A program made the position numbers and the translations under genes. The notes under the pieces are model-generated. The model made no database searches and had not been told where the DNA came from. It was given only the letters and a program-made list of their open reading frames with translations. Positions 18,466 to 27,951 of a DNA stretch of 64,000 bases are shown in pieces; position 1 is the first letter of the stretch; every line of letters begins with the position of its first letter. Source of the DNA: an uncultured Parachlamydiaceae bacterium (lineage in GTDB: Bacteria; Chlamydiota; Chlamydiia; Chlamydiales; Parachlamydiaceae); assembly GCA_963742415.1 (NCBI GenBank), contig CAVULX010000003.1, positions 64,001-128,000 on the forward strand, read 5' to 3'.

Positions 18466-19481
18466 TGAGATCCCTGATGAAGCCTGATATTGCTTTCTTC
18501 TGTTCCATCATGCAACCAACATTTAGCCGTGTGTGTTTTCACCTCTTTGATCTCAAAGTCTGGTACTTCTCCATGGTGGCATTTTTTCATCACATAAGGG
18601 CATCGGGGATGGAAACGGCATCCATGGGGATAGTGAGTAGGAGAAGGGACTTGCCCCTTGATGGGGTGCAGCTTTTCTTTGGTCGCTTGCAAACTTGGGC
18701 GTGATTCGAATAATCCCATGGTATAGGGATGGGCCATTTGATCAAAAATTTGTAAAACGCTCCCCTTTTCAATCCCTTGAGCTGCATACATCACCACAAC
18801 ATCGTCAGCCAATGCTGCCACAACACCCATGTCATGGGTAATCAATAAAACAGCCATGCCCCGTTTCTTTTGCAGATCCCGAATTAAATCCAAGACTTGA
18901 GCTTGAATCGTCACATCTAAAGCTGTGGTCGGCTCATCAGCAATTAAGATATCGGGTTCACACATCAAGGCCATCGCAATCATGACCCGTTGTTTCATTC
19001 CACCGGAAAGTTGGTGGGGATACACCTCTAAAAGATTTCGTGAGGCTGCGATGCCAACTTCCGTTAAAGCTGTTGCAGCCCTATCTAAGGCTTTTTTCCC
19101 ATAAAGTCCAAGGTGAAGTTCCGCAACCTCAGCCATTTGAGACCCAATGGTGTAGACTGGATTTAATGAGGAAGAAGGGTCTTGGAAAATCATCGCGATC
19201 TTCCCTCCTCGCAATCTCCTCATTCTTTTTTCCGATAAAGATAGCAGATTAACATTTTGGTAGATCACTTCCCCTTCGGGAAATAGTGCCGGCGGCTGGG
19301 GCAAAATCTGTAACAGGGACAGCGCCGCCATCGTTTTGCCGCATCCCGATTCCCCGACGAGGGCAAGCGTTTTTCCAGCGTATAGATCGAAAGATAAACA
19401 ATCGACAACTCGGAAGTGGCGGCCCCCGATTTCTAGACTTGTACAAAGGTTGCGGACAGATAAAATAGGATCTTTCATCAT
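18462..19481 (-). CDS. dppD: Oligopeptide/dipeptide ABC transporter ATPase
   Basis: GESGCGKT, LSGGMKQRVMIAMAL, ADEPTTALDVTIQAQ and GCRFHPRCP. Confidence 0.92.
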   Translation of the reverse strand: MMKDPILSVRNLCTSLEIGGRHFRVVDCLSFDLYAGKTLALVGESGCGKTMAALSLLQILPQPPALFPEGEVIYQNVNLLSLSEKRMRRLRGGKIAMIFQDPSSSLNPVYTIGSQMAEVAELHLGLYGKKALDRAATALTEVGIAASRNLLEVYPHQLSGGMKQRVMIAMALMCEPDILIADEPTTALDVTIQAQVLDLIRDLQKKRGMAVLLITHDMGVVAALADDVVVMYAAQGIEKGSVLQIFDQMAHPYTMGLFESRPSLQATKEKLHPIKGQVPSPTHYPHGCRFHPRCPYVMKKCHHGEVPDFEIKEVKTHTAKCWLHDGTEESNIRLHQGSQ

Positions 19482-19577
19482 ATGAGGATTTTAGTTAATG
19501 GGTGATTAAATATAAACTCTCTTTATTTTGAAATGTGATTCATGTAACCTTCACCTAAAAGTGTAGGTTGAAAATTT

Positions 19578-20252
19578 ATGTATACAATTCTTAATCTCTT
19601 TGGCCGCTCCCCTTTCGCCCCACTTCAATCTCACATGGCCCAAGTAGCCGTTTGTGTTCATCTGCTTAAAGATCTTTTTGAAGCTTTAGAAAAAAAAGAT
19701 TTTATTTCATTGGACAAAATCAGCCAGCAGATCTCCGAACATGAGCACCTTGCCGATTTAACGAAAAATGACATTCGGAACCACCTCCCTAAAAGCCTCT
19801 ATTTGCCCATCGATCGGAGTCAACTGTTGGAAATTTTGACAGTCCAAGACAACATCTCAGACCGGGCCGAAGATGTGGCCGTATTGGTTAATTTAAAAAA
19901 TATCGAACTCCTCCCCATATTTAGAGATGAATTTTGGGCTTTCCTAATAAAAAATATCGAAACTTTTGATGGAGCCCATCAAATCATCAAAGAAATGCAT
20001 GAGTTGTTAGAGTCCTCTTTTGGGGGAAATGAAGCTGAAAAGGTGAAAGCTATGGTCGACCATGTCGCCTATTGTGAACACGAAGTTGACCTTATCCAGC
20101 GCAGTTTATTGAAAAAAATATTTGCTGCTGAGGATCAAATGTCATTTACAACTTTCCATCTTTGGCAAAAAATATTTGAAGCTGTCGCCTCATTGTCCAA
20201 CCTTTCAGAAAAATTGGCTTACCGTATCCGTATGACGCTTGAGTTGAAATAA
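19578..20252 (+). CDS. DUF47/TIGR00153 Pit accessory protein (PhoU-like)
   Basis: LFGRSPFAPLQSHM, EHLADLTKNDIR..LP and EHEVD. Immediately upstream of pit. Confidence 0.88.
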   Translation: MYTILNLFGRSPFAPLQSHMAQVAVCVHLLKDLFEALEKKDFISLDKISQQISEHEHLADLTKNDIRNHLPKSLYLPIDRSQLLEILTVQDNISDRAEDVAVLVNLKNIELLPIFRDEFWAFLIKNIETFDGAHQIIKEMHELLESSFGGNEAEKVKAMVDHVAYCEHEVDLIQRSLLKKIFAAEDQMSFTTFHLWQKIFEAVASLSNLSEKLAYRIRMTLELK

Positions 20253-20261
20253 AGGATTATC

Positions 20262-21695
20262 ATGCCTGTCACGACAGAAAGCCTTCTCACAATCTCCGTT
20301 CTCTTGGCAGCCTTCTATATGGCATGGAGCATTGGCGCCAACGATGTAGCAAATGCCATGGGCACCTCGGTGGGGTCGGGGGCTTTAACCTTGCGGCAAG
20401 CCATTCTCATCGCGGCCATTTTAGAGTTTTCAGGCGCCTTTTTCTTTGGTTCCCATGTTTCAGAAACTGTCCAAAAAGGGCTGGTGGACGCCACCATCTT
20501 TTCCAAAGATCCAATAACCCTTGTTTACGGAATGTTAGCCGCTTTGCTTTCTACGGGACTGTGGTTGCAAATCGCTTCTTACTACGGGTGGCCTGTTTCG
20601 ACCACACATGCCATCGTGGGAGCTGTCGTTGGCTTTGGAGCCATTATCGGTGGGCTAGATGCCATTTATTGGGGCAATATTGCCTTTGTCACGTGCAGCT
20701 GGGTGATATCCCCCCTATGCGGAGGGATCTTTTCCTACGGCATCTTCATGCTCTTGCGAAAGAAAATTTTTTATACATCCAACCCTGTCGAATCGGCTAA
20801 AAAAATGATTCCATGGTTCGCCTTTGCTGTTATGGGAATTTTTTCCCTGATCCTCGTCTATAAAGGATTGGAAAATTTGCACCTCGCTTTGACATTTTTT
20901 CAAGCTTTACTCCTAAGTTTAGCTGTGGGTTTGGTGGGATATTGCATCAGCAAGTGGTGCGTCACCCGGATGATCCCTATACATTCTCATCAAAAGGCAC
21001 AATCTGCCTATTCCCCTGTCATCACCTTTGAGTTAGAAAAAGCCAAGAAACATTTGTCACGGATCCAATCGAGCACTTCTGGCGACATAAACTATCAAGT
21101 ATCGTTGCTCCTAGAAGAAATAAAATCGTTGTCAGAGACAATGCAAAAAAATTTCGATCCCTCGGTTCAACGTTCCGAGTTTGCCTCGGTCGAGAAAATT
21201 TTTGGCTATTTGCAGATTATGACCGCCTGCCTTATGGCCTTTGCCCATGGCGCTAATGACGTCGCTAATGCAATAGGACCTTTATCAGCTGCAATGGAAG
21301 TGTTGAGAACTGGGATGATCTCAGACACGGCCGCGGTACCCACTTGGGCGTTGGGGCTGGGAGGGGTCGGCATCGTGGTTGGTTTGGCAACCTGGGGATG
21401 GCGGGTGATCGAAACGATCGGCAAAAAAATCACCGAGTTAACCCCTACCCGCGGCTTTGCAGCAGAATTTGGGGCCGCAACCACCATTTTGTTTGCTTCC
21501 CGATTAGGAATGCCTATTTCCACAACCCACACCCTTGTGGGGTCTGTCGTTGGCGTTGGCTTAGCGAGGGGAATTGAAGCACTCGATTTGAGAATGACCA
21601 GAGATATCGTGATCTCGTGGGTCGTCACTGTTCCCGCCGGCGCTATCATTACTGTGATCTTTTATTTCATAATAGAAAAACTTTTTAAAGCCTGA
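20262..21695 (+). CDS. pit: Inorganic phosphate transporter (PiT family)
   Basis: Two GANDVANA signatures, plus PVSTTH and PISTTH. Confidence 0.95.
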   Translation: MPVTTESLLTISVLLAAFYMAWSIGANDVANAMGTSVGSGALTLRQAILIAAILEFSGAFFFGSHVSETVQKGLVDATIFSKDPITLVYGMLAALLSTGLWLQIASYYGWPVSTTHAIVGAVVGFGAIIGGLDAIYWGNIAFVTCSWVISPLCGGIFSYGIFMLLRKKIFYTSNPVESAKKMIPWFAFAVMGIFSLILVYKGLENLHLALTFFQALLLSLAVGLVGYCISKWCVTRMIPIHSHQKAQSAYSPVITFELEKAKKHLSRIQSSTSGDINYQVSLLLEEIKSLSETMQKNFDPSVQRSEFASVEKIFGYLQIMTACLMAFAHGANDVANAIGPLSAAMEVLRTGMISDTAAVPTWALGLGGVGIVVGLATWGWRVIETIGKKITELTPTRGFAAEFGAATTILFASRLGMPISTTHTLVGSVVGVGLARGIEALDLRMTRDIVISWVVTVPAGAIITVIFYFIIEKLFKA

Positions 21696-21719
21696 ATAAA
21701 CATCAAAAGTAAATCATTT

Positions 21720-21971
21720 GTACCAGGCTGAAAGCCTGGTTTATCATAGCCTGGGGCAGCACCCCAGGTAATATCATGCATAATCATTTGCAGGCTGAAT
21801 GCCTGCAATATTAATGCATAATTCCATGATGTTCAGGGAGTTAAAACTTCCAATTCCCTGGGGCGCTGCCCCAGGCTATTATATGGCAGGCTTTCAGCCT
21901 GCGAATGATTTTTTTGACAATACCTGGGGCGCTGCCCCAGGCTATGATAAACCAGGCTTTCAGCCTGGTAC
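21720..21971. repeat. ~250-bp palindromic cluster of REP-like hairpins (BIME-like) between convergent genes
   Basis: GTACCAGGCTGAAAGCCTGGTTTATCATAGCCTGGGGCAGC is mirrored at the right end. Internal copies of CAGGCTGAAAGCCTG and CCTGGGGCGCTGCCCCAGG. Confidence 0.85.
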
Positions 21972-22008
21972 TTGATTCGTATGCGTCAATCCGCCGCACT
22001 CCAAATTT

Positions 22009-24021
22009 TTATCGGATGGGACAAGCACCAGTGGCACAAGCTTCGGCGACATCCTCATCCCTCATTTCGATGCCGGAGTAATCGATCTCTTTCAATTTTG
22101 CGACATAAGCATCAAAAGCCTCTTTTGTGACAACCTCTTGGGGAAGGTACGCATACCCCAAATCTTCTGCATTCTTTGTGGGGTCATTTCGGAACAGGAA
22201 CGACACACCCACATAGCAATCCCAATTTTCCAAAAACCATTCGATGATGGCAGGCACTTCAGAAGGATCGTAAGAAATGGTGTTGGATACGTTTTGCTCG
22301 CACCATGTTTCTTGCAGCATCCGGTACCATTCAAGCTGCTGGATAGCTGTATCTGTATTGATTTCCACTTCTTCAATTTTGCCGTTTTTCCGCGTGACAC
22401 TTTTACGCGTGAAAGGAATGGTTTCGTATTTGACCGGAAATTTGACGAGGACAGATTCAGGTTCATAAGGTTTTTCCATGACTTCATATCCTGCATCGAT
22501 GAAACGTTCAACCAGTGGATCGTGCTTAGAGAAGGTGATATTGTTAAAATTATACTTACCCAGAGGCATATGGACCCCCTCAGGCACTTCTCCCCACTCC
22601 ATTGTTCCCATGATCTTGCTGATCGTACCGCTTGGTTTCACACAAGTGACATTTTTTGGCAAAGGCGCATTAAGCTCGTTGGCCATACTGTAGGCTGCAC
22701 TAACGGCAATGTTGCGCATCCGCTTGTAGTCATACCGTGTGAGATCTGGCCTTGCACGGATACCTGTCAGCCCCACTCCACACAAATGGAGAAATTGGTT
22801 GTTTAGATGCCATGCTTCTTGCAAAATTTCATCCCGCAAATCCACCATGGTTTGCCGATAATTCATCCTTCCTGCAAGATAGAGGGCTCTTTCCAGGCCC
22901 ACTTTATCCCCTTTGAAAGCCAGCACATTGACTTCTGTTAAATTGCAGAAACTCTTATTTCCCAAAAGAATTTCCACACATGGGTTGCAACCCTTAAACC
23001 AAGGAGCTCTTCTTTCCGCCTCGGCTGCATTGATAAAGCCGGGTTCAGAACCTCCTGCATCGATCATCATTTGAAAGATTCGTTCAAATTCCTGTTTCGT
23101 CGGTTTATTTCGAAACAATAGGCTGTTGTTTGATTGCTGACGATGGGCATTTCCTTTTAACCACCACTCTTTCTTTGCCAAAGCAAAATCTTCCCATTCA
23201 GGCTGCCCATATTCAAAGAGCGCAATTTGCGCTGAACGGCGGCTGGAAAGGATCGTCCCTAGCCAATTGACGATGTCCAAGATATCCATGCGGGTCAATA
23301 ATTGATCGGCGCGATCAGACAAAATTTTTGCAATGGCTTTGAAGGCTTTTGAAATTTGTTCATCGCCCGAGGAAATCCATCCATAGCCTTTCAAGCGTGT
23401 TCCTGCGGGTCGAATTTCAGAAAAATCTAAAACTAATGTCTTTGCCGGAAACTTCCCTGCAATTAACTTGCCCACCGCTTTGGCCCATGCGATAGCGGAA
23501 TCTCCCGCTTTAATTGTCCATGTTGCGCTTACAGGGTCAAAAGTTTCGACGTTATGTTGGGATCCCCCTTTTCCCGTGCGGGCAGAGCGGATCACCTTGA
23601 TTTCTTGAAGAGGACGCCGGAATCCATTCAACGTGCCGGTAATGGGTCTAAAGCCTACTCCACAGCCTTGCAGGAGCAGCCAAAGGCAATCGACCACATC
23701 GTAAACTGTTTCGATATGGGTAAAGGAACAATTGAACATGCAGGATTCCCGTGTGCGGCTAAGTTCGGTACCTCCCAGCCAGAGGGTCCTTCCGGCGGGT
23801 GCGATATAGCGGTTGAAGATCATACGGTGAAGTTCGTCGAGTTCATTTTCTTCCCTGTCATTTAATTCGCGTCCTAGAGCGCGTTCCCAAAGCCACCGTT
23901 GATGGCCGATGACCCGGTCTATCACCTGTTCCCAGCTTTCTAATAATGTATCCCCTTCTTTGACGGGGCGGTGGTATGTTCGCAAGGCTGTAGCCATGGC
24001 ACGGGCTGTTGGCTTCGTCAT
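22009..24021 (-). CDS. nrdJ: Class II (adenosylcobalamin-dependent) ribonucleotide reductase, monomeric RTPR-like
   Basis: RTYHRP, PAGRTLW, MFNC, GCGVGF, RRSAQI, NPCVEI, CNLTE, KPSGT and C-terminal CATGACPIR. RBS AAAGGAG precedes ATG 24021. Confidence 0.92.
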   Translation of the reverse strand: MTKPTARAMATALRTYHRPVKEGDTLLESWEQVIDRVIGHQRWLWERALGRELNDREENELDELHRMIFNRYIAPAGRTLWLGGTELSRTRESCMFNCSFTHIETVYDVVDCLWLLLQGCGVGFRPITGTLNGFRRPLQEIKVIRSARTGKGGSQHNVETFDPVSATWTIKAGDSAIAWAKAVGKLIAGKFPAKTLVLDFSEIRPAGTRLKGYGWISSGDEQISKAFKAIAKILSDRADQLLTRMDILDIVNWLGTILSSRRSAQIALFEYGQPEWEDFALAKKEWWLKGNAHRQQSNNSLLFRNKPTKQEFERIFQMMIDAGGSEPGFINAAEAERRAPWFKGCNPCVEILLGNKSFCNLTEVNVLAFKGDKVGLERALYLAGRMNYRQTMVDLRDEILQEAWHLNNQFLHLCGVGLTGIRARPDLTRYDYKRMRNIAVSAAYSMANELNAPLPKNVTCVKPSGTISKIMGTMEWGEVPEGVHMPLGKYNFNNITFSKHDPLVERFIDAGYEVMEKPYEPESVLVKFPVKYETIPFTRKSVTRKNGKIEEVEINTDTAIQQLEWYRMLQETWCEQNVSNTISYDPSEVPAIIEWFLENWDCYVGVSFLFRNDPTKNAEDLGYAYLPQEVVTKEAFDAYVAKLKEIDYSGIEMRDEDVAEACATGACPIR

Positions 24022-24092
24022 CTTATTACTCCTTTCACGGTTTTTCTTTACAAACACAGGATGTTTGCAGACTTTTAATTTTATCTCTTTAA

Positions 24093-24191
24093 ACACAAGA
24101 TGTTGTGTTTTTTTTGAAAATTTTCACAACCCGTTGTATTTTTAATGGTTTTGGTATCGCGATTTTTCCGTTAAAAGTCAATATATAGATT
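24093..24191. promoter_or_regulatory. NrdR-box-like operators upstream of nrdJ
   Basis: ACACAAGATGTTGTGT (24093-24108), a weaker TCACAACCCGTTGTAT starting 31 bp later (24124-24139), and AGTCAATATATAGATT (24176-24191). NrdR consensus is acaCwAtATaTwGtgt. Confidence 0.72.
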
Positions 24192-24248
24192 TATTTTTCT
24201 TCCGATGAATTGAGCATCAATCACTAACGATTGAATGGGTGGGGTGGA

Positions 24249-25232
24249 TTACAAATTCATGGTATATAATAAAGCCGCAATATCGGGATCTTTCACATTA
24301 ATAGGCTCTTCAAAAAGCTTCTGGGTACGTTTCTGGATGATTTTTTGGATGGCTATTTCGATATTATCTTGATCGAGGCGGTGATAAAAATCGCCACAAA
24401 TGGTCAAAAGATCTTGAAAATCTTCTTCACACTCCAACAAAGGGACCGTTTTTTTGACGAGAGCGGTAAAGTCTTTTTTGTTGCCGGTCTGCACCAAAAG
24501 GGATAACAATTCCAAATTGAATTCGAGGTCAGCCTCTGCGGAAGCATCTTGCACGAGTTGTTGGATGAGCAAGTTTGCCCCTTCCGGATCTGTGTAGCCG
24601 GCAAGTTTAGTGCGTAGAAAGTCAAACCATTTAACCTCTTTCACATAGTCGCTAAATTTATCAAGGAGTTCTGAAGCATATAAATCGTTCCGCTCTTCGA
24701 CTTGTTCTGCAATAAAATCATATAAAAAGGTTTCGACATCGTTGGCGCACCCTGAGCAGATGGTTTCGAAGACATCAAGAGGGTCTGAACCATTGTCGGC
24801 GTTTTCATCGAGGATGACGCCCAAATTAGCCAAAACATCTTCGATCGCTTCAAGGTTTTCTAGCTGCCCCGTATCATAACGAAAAATTTGTTCATCAAGT
24901 TCATCGCAAAAGATAGACAAGCAAAGTTTTTCAGGAACAAGACGGCGCCAGAGTTCAAATATCACCAAATAAACTTGATCTTGCGCCATGGGATCTGCCA
25001 AGAGATTTTCCAGCAAACTGTCGGTCATTTCTTCGGGTGTATCAAATTCCTCGGCAACTGAAAGAAAGCTGGTTTTGTCTAAAGCGATATCTTGCAAATT
25101 GAGCCTTTCAAAAAGGATTTCAAGGGGCAAGGCGCGGTAGTTTTCTACTTGCCACGGTTCCACAGACAGAGTGGGATCCCGCAGCCAATTCATACGCAAA
25201 GAATTGTAAAGGGCGTGCCGTTCTAAATCCAT
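24249..25232 (-). CDS. Hypothetical acidic protein (327 aa)
   Basis: Long ORF with an upstream AAGG RBS. Helical and acidic composition. Confidence 0.78.
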   Translation of the reverse strand: MDLERHALYNSLRMNWLRDPTLSVEPWQVENYRALPLEILFERLNLQDIALDKTSFLSVAEEFDTPEEMTDSLLENLLADPMAQDQVYLVIFELWRRLVPEKLCLSIFCDELDEQIFRYDTGQLENLEAIEDVLANLGVILDENADNGSDPLDVFETICSGCANDVETFLYDFIAEQVEERNDLYASELLDKFSDYVKEVKWFDFLRTKLAGYTDPEGANLLIQQLVQDASAEADLEFNLELLSLLVQTGNKKDFTALVKKTVPLLECEEDFQDLLTICGDFYHRLDQDNIEIAIQKIIQKRTQKLFEEPINVKDPDIAALLYTMNL

Positions 25233-25259
25233 ATTACCTTATGAATCCGTAAATTTTTT

Positions 25260-25460
25260 TCATAATTTTTTATTCCTTTCTTCAATTGCACATAATCTTC
25301 CATGAAAATCTTTTGATTCTTCATGCCAGGCCATCATAAACTGATCGAATCTAGAATTTATAGAATCAATTCTATTATCTAATGCATAAAATCCACCCAA
25401 GAGGGTAAGGAAAACAATAAGCCATTCTATGTGGCTAATAAATGAGTTATTCTTGTCCAT
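25260..25460 (-). CDS. Small membrane protein (66 aa), paralog of the upstream gene
   Basis: N-terminal hydrophobic stretch and C-terminal KDFHGRLCAIEERNKK. Translationally coupled (TAATG overlap). Confidence 0.7.
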   Translation of the reverse strand: MDKNNSFISHIEWLIVFLTLLGGFYALDNRIDSINSRFDQFMMAWHEESKDFHGRLCAIEERNKKL

Positions 25461-25690
25461 TATTTTTTATTCCTTTCTTCAATTGCACATAATCTTCCAT
25501 GAAAATCTTTTATTTCTTGTTGAATTGCCTCTATGAGGTCTCTGTTTTCTTTATGAATAGTTAAGGATAAATTTCTATTGGATTCAAGCTTAGTATCCAT
25601 GTGCCAAATATCAGCTCTTGTTTCAGTTCGATTCCATATGAACAATCCAACAAAAGTCACAAACATTATTGCGAATTGCATCCAATCCAT
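25460..25690 (-). CDS. Small membrane protein (76 aa)
   Basis: Hydrophobic N terminus and the same C-terminal motif. RBS GAGG upstream. Confidence 0.7.
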   Translation of the reverse strand: MDWMQFAIMFVTFVGLFIWNRTETRADIWHMDTKLESNRNLSLTIHKENRDLIEAIQQEIKDFHGRLCAIEERNKK

Positions 25691-25783
25691 TTTATTGAGT
25701 CCTCTCAGGTAATTTCATTTTTTCAATAGGTTGTACAAGATTCTCTCAAGGTGTTTACAAACTTGTAAGTTTGAATCGTGATT

Positions 25784-26050
25784 CTATTTATTTCTGGTGT
25801 TTGTCGACGATATTGAAGAGAGGTCTATTTTCTGTTTGATAATTTCTTTTTCTAATGCAGAGGCTCTAGAATACACATCAACATATAACTTTTCAAGGGA
25901 TTGAAGCCTTCGACTAAATTCCATGATGGCTTTATATTGGATAGCATAATCTGTCGGACTATTATTTCCTTGCTGCAAGGGCTTAAGCAAAGAATGGACT
26001 GCCTCTTCAGAAAGTAATTCCGGACTACTAAAAAAGGGATTTGCAGACAT
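25784..26050 (-). CDS. Small hypothetical coiled-coil protein
   Basis: ORF with likely start MSANPFF. Co-oriented with neighbours. Confidence 0.5.
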   Translation of the reverse strand: MSANPFFSSPELLSEEAVHSLLKPLQQGNNSPTDYAIQYKAIMEFSRRLQSLEKLYVDVYSRASALEKEIIKQKIDLSSISSTNTRNK

Positions 26051-26149
26051 ATTGATCCTATTACGCTTACCTTTAGTATAATCCAGTTGGACCCATTGGC
26101 GCAATCAGAATTTAAAATTTGAGTTGAAAATGGAAAGAGGCTTAGCTTC

Positions 26150-27004
26150 TTAGTTTGCCGGACGCGCTATATTAATCAGCTTGCTAATCTCATTTCCTTC
26201 AAGCATCATTTTGCAATTATATGTGGCTTCCCATCCTTGACTAGCCTGTCCGGAAGAGGTTCCTTCTGAAGTATCGGGCCCTCTTTGGATCTTTAATCCT
26301 CGAGTTCTAGCACACCAACCACTGCCAAAATAATAAGCATCTATGGTGATTTCTTTTGGCTTACCAGCCTTTTGGACAGTAAATTTAAATAAATACATGA
26401 CCGTTTCATTTTTGTTAACCCCCTTTGCCACATTCCAATCACCATCCACATCCTCTTTCTTCATGCTAACTTTGGTAGGTTTAAAAAAGCTAGGGGGGTC
26501 AATTTGAATGGTTTTCGTGCCTTCTGAGCTCCCTTCTTCAACCTGAGGGATAATATATTCCAGAGCTCTTTTTAACTTGTTATCTGTTACATATTCATGG
26601 ATGGTCCCTGCTGTGAGAACGAAACCAATGGAAGCTACTGCAATACCCACTGACGAAGGCAATCTAGTCCGCAGCAAAAATAAACCTAAATTAGTTAAAG
26701 CTATAAAATACACACAACAGTGTAATAAACTGTACTTGTTGCTAGGAACAAAGGAAGCTCGCGATTTTAAAAATTCAATTCCTTTTTCATCGTTTAACTT
26801 TGCATCATCCGATCCATTATAACGAAAATCTTTAACTCCATAAAAAGGGATTTTGCTTAGAGACACAAATTCATTTGTTATACCTCTGATTTGTTGATCG
26901 ACAAACTCTGGAACAGCCACATTGTAGACATAATTTATAGCATTGACAGCCTTAGAAGCAGCAGAATTCATAATAATATCCATTTTTATTAAATTAAAAA
27001 TCAA
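26150..27004 (-). CDS. Hypothetical protein with a bilobed hydrophobic domain (Inc-like candidate)
   Basis: ~45-aa two-lobe hydrophobic stretch LLHCCVYFIALTNLGLFLL-RTRLP-SSVGIAVASIGFVLTAGTI. The true start may be a downstream Met. Confidence 0.65.
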   Translation of the reverse strand: MIFNLIKMDIIMNSAASKAVNAINYVYNVAVPEFVDQQIRGITNEFVSLSKIPFYGVKDFRYNGSDDAKLNDEKGIEFLKSRASFVPSNKYSLLHCCVYFIALTNLGLFLLRTRLPSSVGIAVASIGFVLTAGTIHEYVTDNKLKRALEYIIPQVEEGSSEGTKTIQIDPPSFFKPTKVSMKKEDVDGDWNVAKGVNKNETVMYLFKFTVQKAGKPKEITIDAYYFGSGWCARTRGLKIQRGPDTSEGTSSGQASQGWEATYNCKMMLEGNEISKLINIARPAN

Positions 27005-27062
27005 TAATACATTTTTTTATGATAAAAATCAATGCATTTAAAGAAAGTTAAACACTAATTTA

Positions 27063-27881
27063 CTAAATTAATCGGATTTCACTTTGCTTAAGAAAGCCGA
27101 TATTGCCCTCGGGAGATAGGACCTTGAGCCAAGCTCCGTTTTCGCGCAGATCAAGAACTTGGACTTTAAGGCCTGCGGATAGAGGTTTATCTGATATCAA
27201 AGCATATTGAGATCCGGCATCGCGGTGAAGGACCGCGGCATGAACAAGTACGCCTTCGATCGGTTCGAGATAGCGAGCATATAAGAGGCTGCCGAGAAAA
27301 AGGAGGGATATTGCCCCAAGAAGGGCGATGGGAAACTGAAGCCATTGTTTGCGCAACCAAATGAACAGGGATAATGTGACAATGCAAGCTAGTGAAAAAA
27401 GAAAAAACAATCTGAGCCGCTCGGGTAACGAAAAGAAGGTATGAAAAAAAAATACTTTCCGAAAGACGGAAGGGTTTTGCTGGGAAGGGAGATTTAAGTT
27501 ATGAAGAGCCATGGAGAGGTTGTCTTTAACATCATTATTTCGAGGCATCAAACTTAAAGCTTTATAGTAGTAATAAGCTGCTAATGGATATTCCTCTAGC
27601 TGGAAATTGACATTCCCCAAGTTGTAATAAAGTTTTCCATTTCCATAAATGGGATCAAACACTTTTTCTAAAAACAGATAGTCTTTTAGCGCTTTATTAA
27701 AAGCTTCTTTTCTTTCGGCTACTGTCTTTGCGTGTTCACCTAGAGAGTATTGGGCTTCGGCGTCTTGCAGTTTTTGTAACGCTGCTGAAGAACTGGAAGC
27801 TTGGGGAATGCCATGCAAAATTACATACCCTGCAAGGGCAATAATGAATCCTAAGATGAGATATCCAAAAGGGGTTTTCAT
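27063..27881 (-). CDS. batE: BatE-like TPR/TM/SH3 protein
   Basis: LYYNLGNVNFQ..YYYKAL TPR, two TM segments and a C-terminal SH3-like WLKV..GNIGFL. Confidence 0.75.
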   Translation of the reverse strand: MKTPFGYLILGFIIALAGYVILHGIPQASSSSAALQKLQDAEAQYSLGEHAKTVAERKEAFNKALKDYLFLEKVFDPIYGNGKLYYNLGNVNFQLEEYPLAAYYYYKALSLMPRNNDVKDNLSMALHNLNLPSQQNPSVFRKVFFFHTFFSLPERLRLFFLFSLACIVTLSLFIWLRKQWLQFPIALLGAISLLFLGSLLYARYLEPIEGVLVHAAVLHRDAGSQYALISDKPLSAGLKVQVLDLRENGAWLKVLSPEGNIGFLKQSEIRLI

Positions 27882-27951
27882 CGGGTGCTATTATGTTTGG
27901 CATTTAAGCGCATTTTTCCACGGATATCGAACTGAGTCAATAAATTAATAT

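Noticed and set aside
21720-21971. CRISPR array
   Set aside because: The units are inverted and irregularly spaced, with no unique constant-length spacers and no cas genes.
22138-22806. 222-aa + strand ORF and the other short antisense or overlapping ORFs in the track
   Set aside because: They are shadows of well-supported genes on the opposite strand or in another frame, with no motifs or RBS.
22009-27004. Prophage remnant around nrdJ and the small membrane genes
   Set aside because: No integrase, structural or replication genes, and nrdJ carries host-type NrdR boxes.
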